From: Cladosporium halotolerans
Lineage: Eukaryota
Reading direction: 5' to 3'
Length of the DNA: 64,000 bases
Assembly: GCF_011745625.1 (NCBI RefSeq)
Contig: NW_027191452.1
Location: 930,001 to 994,000 of the forward strand
The stretch's first letter is position 1; each line of letters opens with the position of its first letter. The notes under the pieces are model-generated. The model did not search any database. It was given only the letters and a program-made list of their open reading frames with translations, and was not told where the DNA came from. Made by a program: the position numbers and the translations under genes. Below are positions 37,506 to 50,585 of the stretch, in pieces.

Positions 37506-39373
37506 CGATAATGTTGTCATATCAATCGCAGAAATTCAACTAAATAGATATCTTAGCGAGTCCGATCGTCTCCAGTCTGTATTTGCGGACAGCAAAGAGC
37601 GGACCGTCACTCCTCCGTTGCCAGCATTTTCATCTACTGTTTTTGGAAAAAGTTTCATTTCCCCGATGACTGTAGACCAGAAGAGAGTCGCGGTCCATGA
37701 TGCTTTTGTTGGATTGTGTATCGACCACTGGAAAGCGAATTCCCCCATGCTCAAAAGCCAGCACCAACGATAGTTTCTTGACAGAACTTCGGCGCTCTAA
37801 TTATCCCTTTACACTCGCTTGCGACTAATTCAACGTCGCCAAGCGAGAGGCAATATCAGAACAAAGGTTCCTAGCTCGCAATCTCGTGTTGTTATCATGT
37901 GTTGCGGCCTTCGCGCGGGTTATTCTGGATCAGGGTCAGCCGACTGAGAAGACTCTGACCGTTCATTGCTCTTCAATCATTGGTCAATAGGACCGATGCA
38001 CTGCGCACCGAAACAGGGAAGTGGCGACCCAGTTGCTCGCGCCTTCCTACAACCACGTTTCTCAAAACGATGTGTATTACCTCAATGTTCGAAAGCTATC
38101 GACTAATAAAATTAAACGTCGTCTGAAAGATCGGTGGCGGAACGACATCCGCTGTGCGTCGTCGAATCATGTTGAAGCCATTCTTGACGTGGTCCGCTCG
38201 TTAAACTTTAGTCTCAAGTTCCTGCGGATCCATCGCTCGCTTGGGCAACGCGAAGATCATTCTTTGATAATTCAGCAGCTAAACGTTGGTCGCTCTTTGA
38301 TCGAGATGCACTCTTTGGCCGTCAAGCCTTTTTCTGAGCGATGGATTACCTCGAGTGCAGCTGCAAACTATCTTTTGGCTCACATTGAGAAATTCTCGTC
38401 GCAAATTCATACTTATGTGCGCGGCGAGCAGAGCGAAGCCGGCCGTTCACATGCTTCTCTTCTTGAATCACATCACCCACCGAAAACCCATATCAATAGT
38501 AATCTTTTTGTCTCGCACAGAGCTTGGGTCATTGTGTGATCATCCTCCGATCTCGAGTTGTTCGAAAGTTCAGACTCAGTGTAGATCGAACTGTTTCGCA
38601 CTGCACGCGAGCAAGCCCCGAACGTGAGTCTTGCACCTCGTCATTTGCTGATCTTGCATTCTGCTCGGGATCGAGAAATAGGCTCATTTCCTCGCAACGT
38701 GTGACGCCAATTGCGGATGGGTACTTCAGCACCTTTTTACAAGTGGCACCCTTTTCAAGATGAATCAGTTCAAGCACAAGAAGAACTTCCAGATACCACT
38801 TTTGATATCGGCCTGAGACTGGTCGGATGCAACATCCGGTTGGTCCTCGCGATCGATTGTGTCGAACCGCCATTTGCATGTTGATTGTGACACGGCAGGT
38901 ACTTGCTTCTACATCCTCGATGTGGCTTCTTCTCATATCTGAGACGATCTGCGCAATTGGTGTTTACGACCTTGCCGTAATTGCTGTACTGGTTTTTGAA
39001 TGCACTGAGCGACTGCATTTGCACCAATCAAAAGCGCGCCACATGTGTCGCACCCCCATGTTCTCCTCATCGACCCACATGGCAATGGGACGCGACAACA
39101 AGATCCAGACACACCACAAGCAAGTTCAGCCAATGACTGCTGCACATGATCGATGTCGGAGCAAGCATCAAAGCCCGGAACGTTCATATCACCATCGTAT
39201 ATGTAGAATCCGGCTTACATCTCCATATGTTTGGCCAAACAAATTTGATCAACGCCTGCACTTCGACGATGTAATTCCAAAAAGCAAGTCGAAACGTTCA
39301 TGTCATTAACATACATGTAGAACCTGCATACATCCATCATGTCCAAGAAAGCCTATCTACCCAAAAGCTCTCA

Positions 39374-41524
39374 TCATCGCCATGGAGGCTCCCCAGGATA
39401 CCTCCTCCCATCAACCCCACTGACCGGCTCGTTCGCAAACCTCGTCACTTTGGGCCTACCCGGGCCCCTTCGATCCCCTGGGCCCTCGGGCGCCGAGTAG
39501 AACGCATCGACATCACTGCCGCGTCCAAAGTCGTCCGGCCCAGCACCCCTGCTCTTGCGTCGGCTGTTGCGCCTCGCACGCCTGTCGTCAGGGCTTGGAG
39601 GCGGGCTTTCTTCTCCTGAGAAATACGGGTCGTCGCGCGGGTCATTGTAGCGAGGGTCAGGTCCTGGAGGCGGACGAGACCTTCGGCGTCGAGGTTCAGG
39701 CGGCGGTGGCGGCCCTCGTGGTGGGCTGGGATACCGGTCGTCGTACGGAGGAGGACGCGGCCTTGAGGCAGGGCGTGAGCCGCGACGCCGCGGAGGACTT
39801 CTCGAGTACGGACGGGGAGGGCCGCGGGGCGGAGGACCGTCGTAATCGGGATGACGAGGAGGGCGGGGACGACGATTTGGTGGACCGGGGTACTGCCGAG
39901 GGTCGTAGTTCATTTGCGGCGGCGGCGGTGGGCCTGGGGGAGGGCCATCTCTCCCGAAAGCATTGGGCGGTGGCGGCTGGCGGGCGACGTGAGATGCAAA
40001 GAGCGGGGCGGCTGAAGGTCCGAAGGATGGCCCGAAACCTGGCTGGCGAGGAGGCGGCGGCGCCTCAGGGGAATCATCATGGGTCGAAGCACGCCGGCGT
40101 CTGGAAGGTTCTTCAGAGGTGAAGTAGTCATCGCCGTCACGCTGCGAGGATGGGGTAGGCTCGTGGCTTCTCGAGTGTCGAACGTGTGGGTCGTTGAAGT
40201 CGCGAGGGACAGGACGGGATCGATGCATGGATCCTGGTCGAGGGCTGGGCTCGCGGCTGTATGCGGGATTGTCATCTGCTTCCCAGTCCTCGTCTGGACG
40301 GTTGACCATCGGACGAGGCTCAAGGCGGGAGCTGCGGCGACGTGAATGGCGACGAGGCTGTACAGGTGCTGGTGAGGGCAATCGCTCGTCATAGGGATCC
40401 CTCTCAGGTGGAGGGTCGCCAGGCAAGTGATGAGGCAGACTGCCTCTCCTTCTGCGCTCCCGGTCAGGATCACGACTACGGCGCCTGCTTCCATGTCGGT
40501 GTTGGTGATCAGGACTGGGACCATGACCATCCCACAGATGAGGACTAGCGACATTTCGCATGACATGCCCAAACCGTGACGCAGCTTCTCTGCTCTTCCC
40601 TCGCAGCGAGGAGGACCTGGGACTAAGACCTGGCCGCTTTGAGCCATTGGGCACCACCGTCGACTTGCCATCCACATGCCTGTACAGTGGATTGCGGAAG
40701 TATGCCAGTGCCGGACCCCTGGAGTCTACGCTCTCTTCATCGTCGGTGTCATGGCCTCTGACGGCAACTCTCGAGCGATCCACTTCTTTCTCGTCCTCGA
40801 TCTTGCGAATTTCTTCTTCCGCCTCTGTCCGCAGTCTTTCGGAGACACCTTCGTACCATGCCACCATATGCTTGTCGGGTTGTGCTGGAAAACAGCTTCG
40901 AGGGAGTATCTTGGGTAGGACCTCACCCGTGCTAGGGTCTTTGATATCATACCGCTTGACGGCTTCCATGAGAAACACGGAGTGCTCTTCTGGACCGAGC
41001 AAGACCTGGATGGTCTGCCACATGATCCATCCTTCGGTCTTGAGTGCCGGCACAGTTGGATCCGTGAAGGTGGCCGAGTGCGGCAGTGGCTGCAGGCTGT
41101 GGAGACATCCAAGCGATTTGTAGATGAACGCGATGCTTGCACCTGGTGTCCCTAGGAAGAGCTGATCGTAGTTACCGTTCAGATCCCTGTAGAAGTTTGC
41201 CAGTTGCGAAGGCGTCAAATCGGGGTTGTCGGAGGGCTCGTAATGTTCATTCTTGTGATGATTAGCACCTGTCCACACAGTCCGAGCATAGCTTCAGATA
41301 TGAGCATTTCCCGGATGGCGCGAACATACGATCATGTCTTTCACACCTCTGAGTAGGGCCTTGAACTTGTCCGTGCCTGTCTTATCCGGCTTGAATAGAT
41401 ATCCCCAAGCCTCGTGTGCTTCTCTGTCCTCGACGTCGCGCTCATGATCATCCGCCGGTGTCGATTTCACGTCTTCCACGGGAGTCTCAGCACTGTCATG
41501 CGCTGCTGGGGTGTCTGGATCCAT
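39374..41524 (-). CDS. Conserved fungal protein: globular N-terminal domain (DUF7514-like) + long Pro/Arg-rich tail
   Basis: Exon 1 41524-41330 (WGYLFKPDKTGTDKFKALLRG), intron 41329-41252 (GTATGT..GCTAAT..AAG), exon 2 with motifs IYKSLGCLHSLQP, PALKTEGWIMWQTIQVLLGPEEH, LPRSCFP. Confidence 0.8.
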
Positions 41525-42277
41525 ATCGCGGGATGGTTGGGCGGCTGAGCGGCGGTGACCGCTTACGGTGTCGAGCTGTCGCGCCAGAGGAGTGAGAGTC
41601 GTCAAGCTAAGCGCTGCGTGCTGGCATGCTGGGAGAATCACAGGGGACTAGGAGACATAAGAGTGCATGAAGGAAGAATACTTGAGAAGACGCTGCAGCC
41701 GCACGTCGACGCGACTCGGGCTCGTCGGTGTGGGCATGTCGTGTCTCGCATGTGAAGCGGGCGGGCAACGACGTCAGACGGCTCGGAGAGAGAGGCTGGC
41801 GCTGCTGGTCGGCGCTGCTGGCTGCCTCACGGGCGACGATCAGCGGCGGTGGGAAACAGCCCCGCGCCACGTGAGCGCCGGGCTGCAGGCTCAGGTTGCT
41901 TCCATCCGAGCCATCCACCACCAGCGCGTTTGCAGCCACTCCCCGCTCGCATGTCGCTGGTGCATGGAGACACACACGCCTTTGCACGCAACGACCACGA
42001 AACGCTTCTCTGAGCTTAAACTTTAAGCACGTGCCTGGCTCCCACATAAAGTCAAAGTAAATATGACACTCGTCACATCCTCCATAGCGACTTCGGCGTG
42101 TGCCAGCGTTATCTTGCTGCCAAGATCGCTCGTGCTTCCCAGGGCTGGAAAGGCGTGAGCCTTGACCCAATGGTCGAAGTTTGAATCGTTGCAGCAGATC
42201 GGCAGGTTTCGTATAAATTCAGTCCTCAAAGATTTTCCAGATTCCTTTCGCATCGTGCCTTACTACACATTTTGACC

Positions 42278-43395
42278 ATGAGATTCTCCAACTGCTCAGT
42301 CTCCGCGGCGCTATGCCTTGCCAGTGCTTCGCAATTGGCATCTGCATCCTCGCGCCTTCAACACTGGCCGAAGGATGCTGCCGCTACTTTGGACAAAATG
42401 ATCACAGCCAATGCGAACCAGAGTAATTATGCTGTTTTTGACATGGATGTCCGTGACTATCTCCATTTGCTAGCCGATCGCAGCATCTGACATACCTCAA
42501 ACAGAACACCAGCTATCGATTCGATCTGGAAGAGTCACTACTGCCGTTCCTCGAGAACCGCGGAATCTTAACCCGGTGGAACCTCCCTTCCGAACTGCAC
42601 CTAGTCGAATTCAAAGATTCCGCCAACTTCACCGAGACACTGTACAGTTACTACAGCCGTCTCTGCGAGATAGACGACCTCATTTGCTACCCATGGGTGG
42701 CACAAGTCTGGGCAGGCTTCACTCTGGGCGAGCTGAAAAGTTTCGTGGATGAGCTCATGGCGTACAACCAGACCATCCCCACCAAATACTGGGATGGAGA
42801 TGAGGTGGTAGATCACGAAGTCAACCCTCCCAAGATCTTTACCGGTCAAGTCGAGCTGTACAATGCTCTCATGGCAAGCGGCATCGAAGTTTATGTGATC
42901 ACCGCTGCTGCAGAGGAGCTCGTCCGTTTCGTTGCATCGGACCCGAAGTACGGCTACAACGTCAAGCCCGAGAACGTCATTGGCGTCACGACCATGCTGC
43001 GAAACGCCTCCTCCGGTGAGCTCACCAACTCGAGGATCCAGATTGAGAACGGCGTCTACGACGAGCAGTCAAACCTCGACTTGATCTTCGGCACATACCT
43101 ATACACTCCGGCGACCTGGTTCTCCGGCAAATGGGCTGCCATCCTGACCTACATCGACCAGTGGAAGAAGCCTGTGCTGGCGGGTGGCGACTCGCCAGGC
43201 AGCGACGGGTTCATGCTCTTCCATGGCGTCGATGTCGCCAAAGGTGGTGTCCACCTCTTCGTCAACAAGTCGATGTCGGCATACGAAGAGTTGAGCGAGA
43301 TGATTGAGGAGAACGCCGCCGGCCAGGCTGCCAATAACCTGACTGTGACTGCGGACAAAAATTGGGTCGTTGTTCTACCTGAGGAAATCTTGTAG
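42278..43395 (+). CDS. Secreted HAD-family phosphorylcholine phosphatase (Pseudomonas PchP-like)
   Basis: Signal peptide. Intron 42449-42504 restores [18 protein letters not shown]. Also [14 protein letters not shown](WAAI) and GDSPGSD, matching PchP motifs I-III as recalled. Confidence 0.88.
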
Positions 43396-43707
43396 TATGC
43401 TGTGATGTACACAATGATCGGGTATGGGAATCGAAATTGCAGCATGTTCCTCCGTATCACGATTCCGTCGAGTTGGGTATGCTGGATAGAGAGTGGTGGA
43501 AGAAGTATGGGGCTAAAGCAGAAGAGAGCAGTGACTATCAGCTATGACCTGTTGAGGGTAATCTTGAGACGTAATTCTGCATTCTTGAGATAATGCATCT
43601 GCAACATGAATTGATTGCATATATATCATCGGTTTCAAGCGTCTGAGGGTCGAACGACTCGTCAGAGAAGCCGAGTCTCAATTGAAGACTGTCCATTCGA
43701 GCTTCAT

Positions 43708-46702
43708 TTAAGCGATCGTAGCTTCGTACTTGCCAGTCAATGGTACATCGACATGGAGCACGAGTTTCTTGTTCTCCGCGTCGTAGTCCGCATCTTCCGC
43801 GCCATCAGGCTTGGAGTCAACACCAAGAAGTGTGATGGTCTCAACATTGACGCCAGCATCGTAATCAAACGATCCGTCCATGCTGAATTTGCCGTCCTCG
43901 TACTTGAAGTCGATCTCAGAGATGGCGTCTTGCTCCACGGAGATGCCATCGTCGAGGTACAAAGATCCCTCTGCCGATCCGTCGAGACCTGGAGCAATGA
44001 CGATGTTGAAGCCCTTGGTACGAAGCGCGGTGGTTGTGTTGGCGCTCTCGACGCGCTGAGGGTAGACGACTCCTCCCTTGTAGTGGACAGTGATATCGGT
44101 GAAATCAACTTCGGCAGTGACGTACTCGCCCTGGCCACGGACAGGCTTGCCAGTGCCCCATTCGTAAAAAATGTCATCCGGCAGGTAGTAGTTGACTGTT
44201 GTGCTGTTCTCCTCCGTCACAGGGCTGACAAGGATACCGTCGCCAAGGAAGAGCTGCAGGTCGATTGGGTAGGTGTTGGCATCCTCCGGGTAATTGAAGA
44301 ACAAGGGGTTGAGGGTCGGCAGGCCTGTCTGGTTCTGCCTGTACACGGCAGTGTACATGTAATCCAACAGCTGATACCTGATCGACATTGCCCTTCTAGC
44401 GGCCTCCGCAACTGTGGGCCAGCGGTACGCTTCCTGCGAGTTGGCGCTGATCTCTGCGTGGTTCCTGTAGAAAGGATATGCGAGGGCACCGAGAGTGAAC
44501 CATCTGGCACACAGAGTCTCAGTGACATTGCCGCCAAAGCCGCAGACGTCTGGGCCAACGACCGGGATCTGATAGAGACTGGCCATCTGCAGGATCTGAG
44601 AGATGGACAATCGATATTGGAACCATTCAGAAAGGTTGTCGCCGAGCCAGTGAGAGACATCCTTGCCAGAGCCCGCGAAAGTGCTTCTGGTGATGACAAG
44701 CGCGCGATCATCCGGACGCCTTGCTCGCATGGCGTTGTGGGAGTGGGTCGACATCATGGCGCCGTATAGGTTGTGAGTATCGTATTGCGTCAAACCTCCA
44801 GATTGAACGATGTCTGTGTCAGCAGTGCTATCGGCGAGAGTAGGCCCGGCACCGTTCTGAATCATGTATGGAGGACGAATGAGCTCGCGGTTGGGTAAAC
44901 CCTTGCACTCGTTGGGTCCGCAGCCAGAGCCCGTTTGACCACCATTTTGCCAGGAATCGCCGCGTCGTCCTTGACGGCCTTGACCCCAATGTTTCCTCAT
45001 CGAGTTCCATCGTCCTGACTTGTTTCCATGTTGCTTCTTGCTCTCAGATCGTTTGGTGTTGGTGATTGAGCGCCTGCCAGAGCCTCCAGAGGCAAAATTT
45101 GGTTGCAGGCTGTCTGGGAAACCAGGAATTGGAGCATCAGGACCCTCTCTGACAGGAGGAGGCTCAGGAGGATCACCATCGGCTTCTGCGAATGCTTCTG
45201 GAGTCGTGTTGTTGCCGGGGTAGGGGCGGTTGTAGAAGTTGGCTGGCTCTGGAAAGTCGTCAGCAAAACCTCCTCATTTCTCCCCCATTCCTCTTCTATT
45301 ATCTCTACTTCTTCTCCTCTATTTCTTACCGTTCATATCAATCCACAATCCATCTATATTCGGCCCATTAACACCATCAAAAAAGTTCAGGAACTGTTCG
45401 TCCCAGTATTGCTGCGAATTCGGGTGGAACCAGTCCGGGAAGTAAGAAGGCCCCGCCCAGACGACGCCTTGGTAGTTTGAGCCGTTCAGCTCCTTCATAA
45501 AGGTATCGTAACGAAGGCCCTCGTCGAGAGCCGGGTTGGACTCCTTGTAATAGACTGCAGGGTCGACCATGACGATGTACTTCTGGTCACGTGAGTGAAT
45601 GGTGTCAACGAGGTCCTTGACGAGATTAGGCGGAAATCTCTCGGGATCAAGCGTAAAGATACGACGACGATCCATATAATCGACTATTGTATCGTTAGTA
45701 GTTGCGTGGTGAGGCATAATGGTGGCAAGCCGACTTACTATCCGTCCACATCGTCTCCAGCGGGACGCCAGCTTCGGAATAGTTCGCCACCACAGCAGCG
45801 ACTTCGTAAACATCTTGATATCCGTATTTGCATTGATGAAAACCAAGGCCCCAGTATGGCGTCATAAGAGGGTGTTGCGCGATTTCAGCGTACTGTGTCG
45901 CGACGTCGCGAGGCGATGGTCCAGCAATGAAGTAGAAATCGAGTACGCCACCAATGAGATTGTACTCAAGCGCTCCATCGTTGATGTAGATATCCATGCC
46001 ATTGGAGTTCAGCAGGAACACACCATGAGTCGCGTTGCCTCTGTGGTCAAAGTAGATCGGGTGAGCCCCGTAGAGGTTCTCTCCTTGGGGCGTGCCATAC
46101 GAATCTCTGGTGTAGATGGTACGAGTGTAATTTGTCGTGTTCAACTGGAAATTGTCACTGTGCTCCCCGAGACCAAACAGATGAGGCTCCTCGGCCAATC
46201 GGGTCTTGAGGTAGACGTACTGGCTCTCGAACACCAGTTTCTCGCCTGTCGTATCGAAAAGAACCTCACCCGTATCGGAACGGGACACCGAGAAGGAGAA
46301 AGGGTCTGCCTGGAAGTCGAACTGGAGATTCGAATCCTTCGATGAGCACCATTGTCCATAGCCTGGGCGAGGAAAGACTTCGTCCGGAACCTGGTAGACA
46401 GTGTTGTTGCTGTCCTTGATCTTGACGTGCAAACGATCGTTGGTCTGGTACTCGACTTCCAGCTTCAATTCTGGAAGATCGGTGCCAAAGACATTGCAAG
46501 CTGGACCGGCAAGGGAGAGGTCGGCATAGAATCCGGAGTCTGTTTTATGTTGGTTTTTGGCGACGTAACCAGGACATGCCGAAAGGTCTTTCTCATACAA
46601 GTCACGACCAGGGCCATCTAGGTCCTCGACGCCAGCGGCGCTTTGAGCGATGGCGGTACCGCCAAAGGCTGCCGCCGAAGCAAGTATTTTTTTAACGATC
46701 AT
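43708..46702 (-). CDS. Secreted GH31 alpha-glucosidase
   Basis: Signal peptide; [25 protein letters not shown] (intron 45738-45684), WIDMN/EP (intron 45329-45249), HWLGDN, GPDVCGF, PFYRNH. Confidence 0.95.
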
Positions 46703-47647
46703 AATGATACCAGGCAGCTTGAACTCGCCGAGTGGCTTATTGTTTTGTTCAATGTCTCGATTACTGCACTTTATATAGCGATCACCTGCCCTCGCCAAGC
46801 TGGATCATCGGATGGCGGTCACGATGTCATTACAGGAACACAGAGCATGAAGCGGAGACTCCGCCCGGGGCAAATCATTACCGAGACCGCAATATTGTCC
46901 AACATTACTCCTTTCGTCGCCGCAATGGCACGCGGCTAGCTCTTCCGAATGATGTCGGCGGTATTGTCGGTGACTCGCCCCGCTTTCATGTCTTCGATCC
47001 CCACGCAGCTCCCGCATCATCCCCACAACAGATCCAGATGAAGAGGGGAAGACAAAGTATAAACAACCGACGCATGGCTTCAGATGCTTGGCTTCGAAGT
47101 CAAGCAAGTTTGCAACGATAATCTTGCCGGTAATAGCACCGAATACCTACTGGAAACTCATGCGTTCAGATTGCTCTCGCTGGAAGGCATCCACACTTCG
47201 GGACGCCTCTGTCAGTGGCAATGCGTCTACCCTCCAGAATGGAGCTATGCTCGTATCAACGTCTTCATGCCTTGAGAATTCTGATAGCTCCCGGAACGAA
47301 CGAGTCGAATTGAGTTAACAACAGCTGATCGCTGAGACGCGAGCATTTATTAGCCCTCAATGCTGACAAGTGGAACAATGGAACGAGAGCAGCATTTACG
47401 GTATGCGGTAATTCATGCGCTGAGATCGGCCACGTCGTCGTTAGACAACTGCAAGGCAGGGGTGGGAACCGATGGACCCTCCGTGGATCACCGTTGCAAC
47501 ACGCTAGAACACCTTTCAGGTCGCATTCGCTACTGCTGAGCACCGTGCATATCGGTTGTGTTCGCCTCGCGAAGGCTAGTACCCGCGTCCCCCGTCTCGA
47601 AAGAGACTTCTTCAATCTATGAGAAAATCTAGCGTGCTTTCCCCCAA

Positions 47648-48030
47648 CCCAGCTTCGTCAGCATTGCTGCGCTCGTACCAGAGATCGTAAAGTTACCGGG
47701 CGCCTTCACGTCGAGAAAAGTGCCCGCGTTATAGTCAGGGGTCAGGTGGCCTACTGTACCATATAAAAAAGCCAACGTGCGCTTTCGCCTACCCAGCTTC
47801 GCTGTGCTCGTATCAGAGATCCTAGAATCACCCGGCGTCTTCACGTCGTGGGATGTGCTCGCGTCATGGTCAGGTACTAGGTTGCCTACTTTATGAAATA
47901 GCCACCGTCCTCTCCGCCTACCCAGCTTCGCTAGCTTCACTACGCTCGTATCAGAGATCCTAGAATCACCAGGTGTCTTCACGTCGTGGAATGTCCCCGC
48001 GTCATAGTCAGGTGTCGGGTGGCTAACAAC
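47648..48030. repeat. Triple diverged direct repeat (units 144, 129, ~110+ bp)
   Basis: CCCAGCTTCG at 47648, 47792 and 47921; shared core CTCGTAYCAGAGATC..CTTCACGTCG..GTCAGG. Confidence 0.9.
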
Positions 48031-48111
48031 ATATGAGGGGAAATGAAATGATTTATGTGAATACAGACCTAGAATGTGTTTGGCAATGTGATGATGCACT
48101 GTATATACATC

Positions 48112-50056
48112 TTACCACTCCTGGATTTCGCCCTGCTTCGGCCTCTGCATACGCACAATCTTGTCGCAGTTGAGCAGACACAGTGGATCGAAAGCCTGCT
48201 TCATCTGTTTCCGTATGTCAGCACTCGTTCCTGGATGTGAAGCGTAGCGGGATTTTCAGAAAGTAGCTTACCTTCCTCATCAGATCAACAGAGCTCTGAC
48301 CAACTTCATGCGGTAGATAGTCTCTCTTGACGAGCCCTACGCCGTGTTCGCCGGTAGCAGTTCCCTCCATTTCGATCGCGCGCTTCACCATGCGGTGCAC
48401 GAGCTCTTCGGCAACAGCATGCTGCGATTTGTTGTATAAGATGATAGAATGAAAGTTGCCATCACCCACGTGGCCGACAATGCTGCCCAGCAGGCCGGAG
48501 CGTGCGATGTCCCGCTTGGTCTCATCGATGATGTCGGGCAACCTGCTCATGGGGACCGCGACGTCGGTCGTCCAGACGCTGTCCTCGGAGTTCTTCTTCT
48601 TCGCCATGACGGACCAGAGGGCTTCCTTGCGTGCTTGCCACAACTCGTCGGCCTCGTCGGTAGAGCGAGCAAACTCAAACGATGTCGACTTGGCCTTCTT
48701 GGCCATTTGCTGTACGATGGAGACGTGTTCTTTGACTGCAGATGGCGTACCAGCAAACTTGAAGAAGAGCGTCGGAGACTCTTTCCAAGAACGGGAAGTA
48801 GATCCAGCGTCATTGATGCACTTCATCTGCACATCATCGAGAATCTCAACAGCAGCAACAGGTACGCTGGCGCCTACGACGTTGAAGACACAGTTGGCAG
48901 CATCGCGGATAGTCGGGAAAGTGGTGACGGCAACAGAAGTACTGACGGGGACGGGGGTGACCTTGAGAGTAGCTTCAGTGACGAGACCGAGAGTACCCTC
49001 GCTGCCAATGAAAGTGCGGGTGAGATCATAGCCAGCGGAGGACTTGCGAGGGCGTTGCTTGGTCTTGATAATGGTACCATCAGCGAGGACGACCGTCAGA
49101 CCGAGCACCCAATCTTTCATAGTGCCATAACGGTAGGCGTTCGTGCCACTGCAACCAGTTCCGATCATGCCACCGATCATAGCGCCAGGACCAGGGTCGG
49201 GAGGGAAGAAGAGGCCATCTTGCTTAAGATCTTCGTTGAGGTTCTCCCAGCCGACGGCCGGTTGAACAACAACGTCGAGGTCGTCTTTGTGCAATGCGAT
49301 TATCTTATCCATCCTGCTGAAGTCGATGCAAATGCCGCCGCGAGTCGCCGCGAAATGTCCCTCCAGAGAAGTACCGCCAGAGTAACCCGTGACAGGAATC
49401 TTTCTTCTGTGACACACTTTCATGATCTCGCTGACTTCCTCTGTGTTTCCAGGCTTGACAATCGCGAACGGAACATCTCCAGGGTGACTGGGGTGGCTGC
49501 TCCACTCGCTTCCAGAATGCGATGCAAGCTCCGACGGCTGCGTTGAAATGTTTTCCTCGCCAATGATGGCCTTGAACTCACCCCATGCAGACTGCAATGT
49601 TGCTGGCGACGTATCATGCTTCGGTCCCTCCAGATTATTCAAGGGCTTGGTCGAGGCTGTGTCCGGGTCATTGGGAACTTGCTTGCCGTAGAAGTATCCT
49701 CCAATGGCGCCAACAGTCAACACTATAGCTTATCAGTCGCCTTTCCAGTAGGTACCATGGGCATCATCTCTTGTCAACATACCCAGCGGCACTAACCACG
49801 GAGGGCTGCCTCCCCGTGCCTTCTCAGCTTCCCTATGGGTAGCGAATCGAGCTTGCTCCGCCTTGTCCCTCTTCAGCCGCTCACCGGTGCTCTGATATAG
49901 CTGGGCCTTGAATGATTCCGTCTCTTCCTGCTTCGGGTCGGTAGCGTAACACCGTCTAGCGCTGAGTTGCTGCACAGCTCCGTTGCGCGAACGCGGCGCA
50001 CAGGATTGGAGCAGCGTCCGGCGGAGAGCTCGACTTGAAGCCGCGGTGCACGACAT
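48112..50056 (-). CDS. DLD1: Mitochondrial D-lactate dehydrogenase (cytochrome), FAD-linked
   Basis: Arg-rich presequence; GGTSLEGH, FPPDPGPGA, RKSSAGYDLT, GHVGDGNFH, GEHGVG. Introns 49782-49723 and 48271-48205; ends ..EIQEW*. Confidence 0.95.
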
Positions 50057-50585
50057 GACTGCCGTGTTGGAGAATGCAACTGCTATTCTCACTCGAATAC
50101 CCCAATTTGAAAGAAGAAAACGTTCAAGCCATTGATCCAACGGCGCAAATGGGTCAGTCGATCGTTCGTCCTCAAATGCACATCATGAACCGAGCTGTTC
50201 GCGACTTCTCCGCACGCAATCCGCAATCCGGCGGCGGCCCGCTTCACAAGCTTACATAAGGTAGCCTCGGCGGGTGAGCATCACGGAACTTTCAACACGC
50301 CGTGCGTGCTTAGCATCCGTCGGTTCGGCTCCTCCGTCAATACCTCTATGAGCTCGTGCCGCCAGTCTCATCAGTCCATCACTGCAACGACGGAATGTGG
50401 TCGCATTGCCAAGGTAGAGTGGCGCATCTCAACTATCGTTTGTATTCCACACGGAAGCTTCCTCCTCACTTACAACAAGACCACTGCAGTATATAAGATG
50501 CATAGATTTTGGGGAGGAGCTTTCATTATCGTAGTCTGATTTATCTCAAGTCTCATGTGTTTGGCAGAAATCTCAGGGCGACAAC

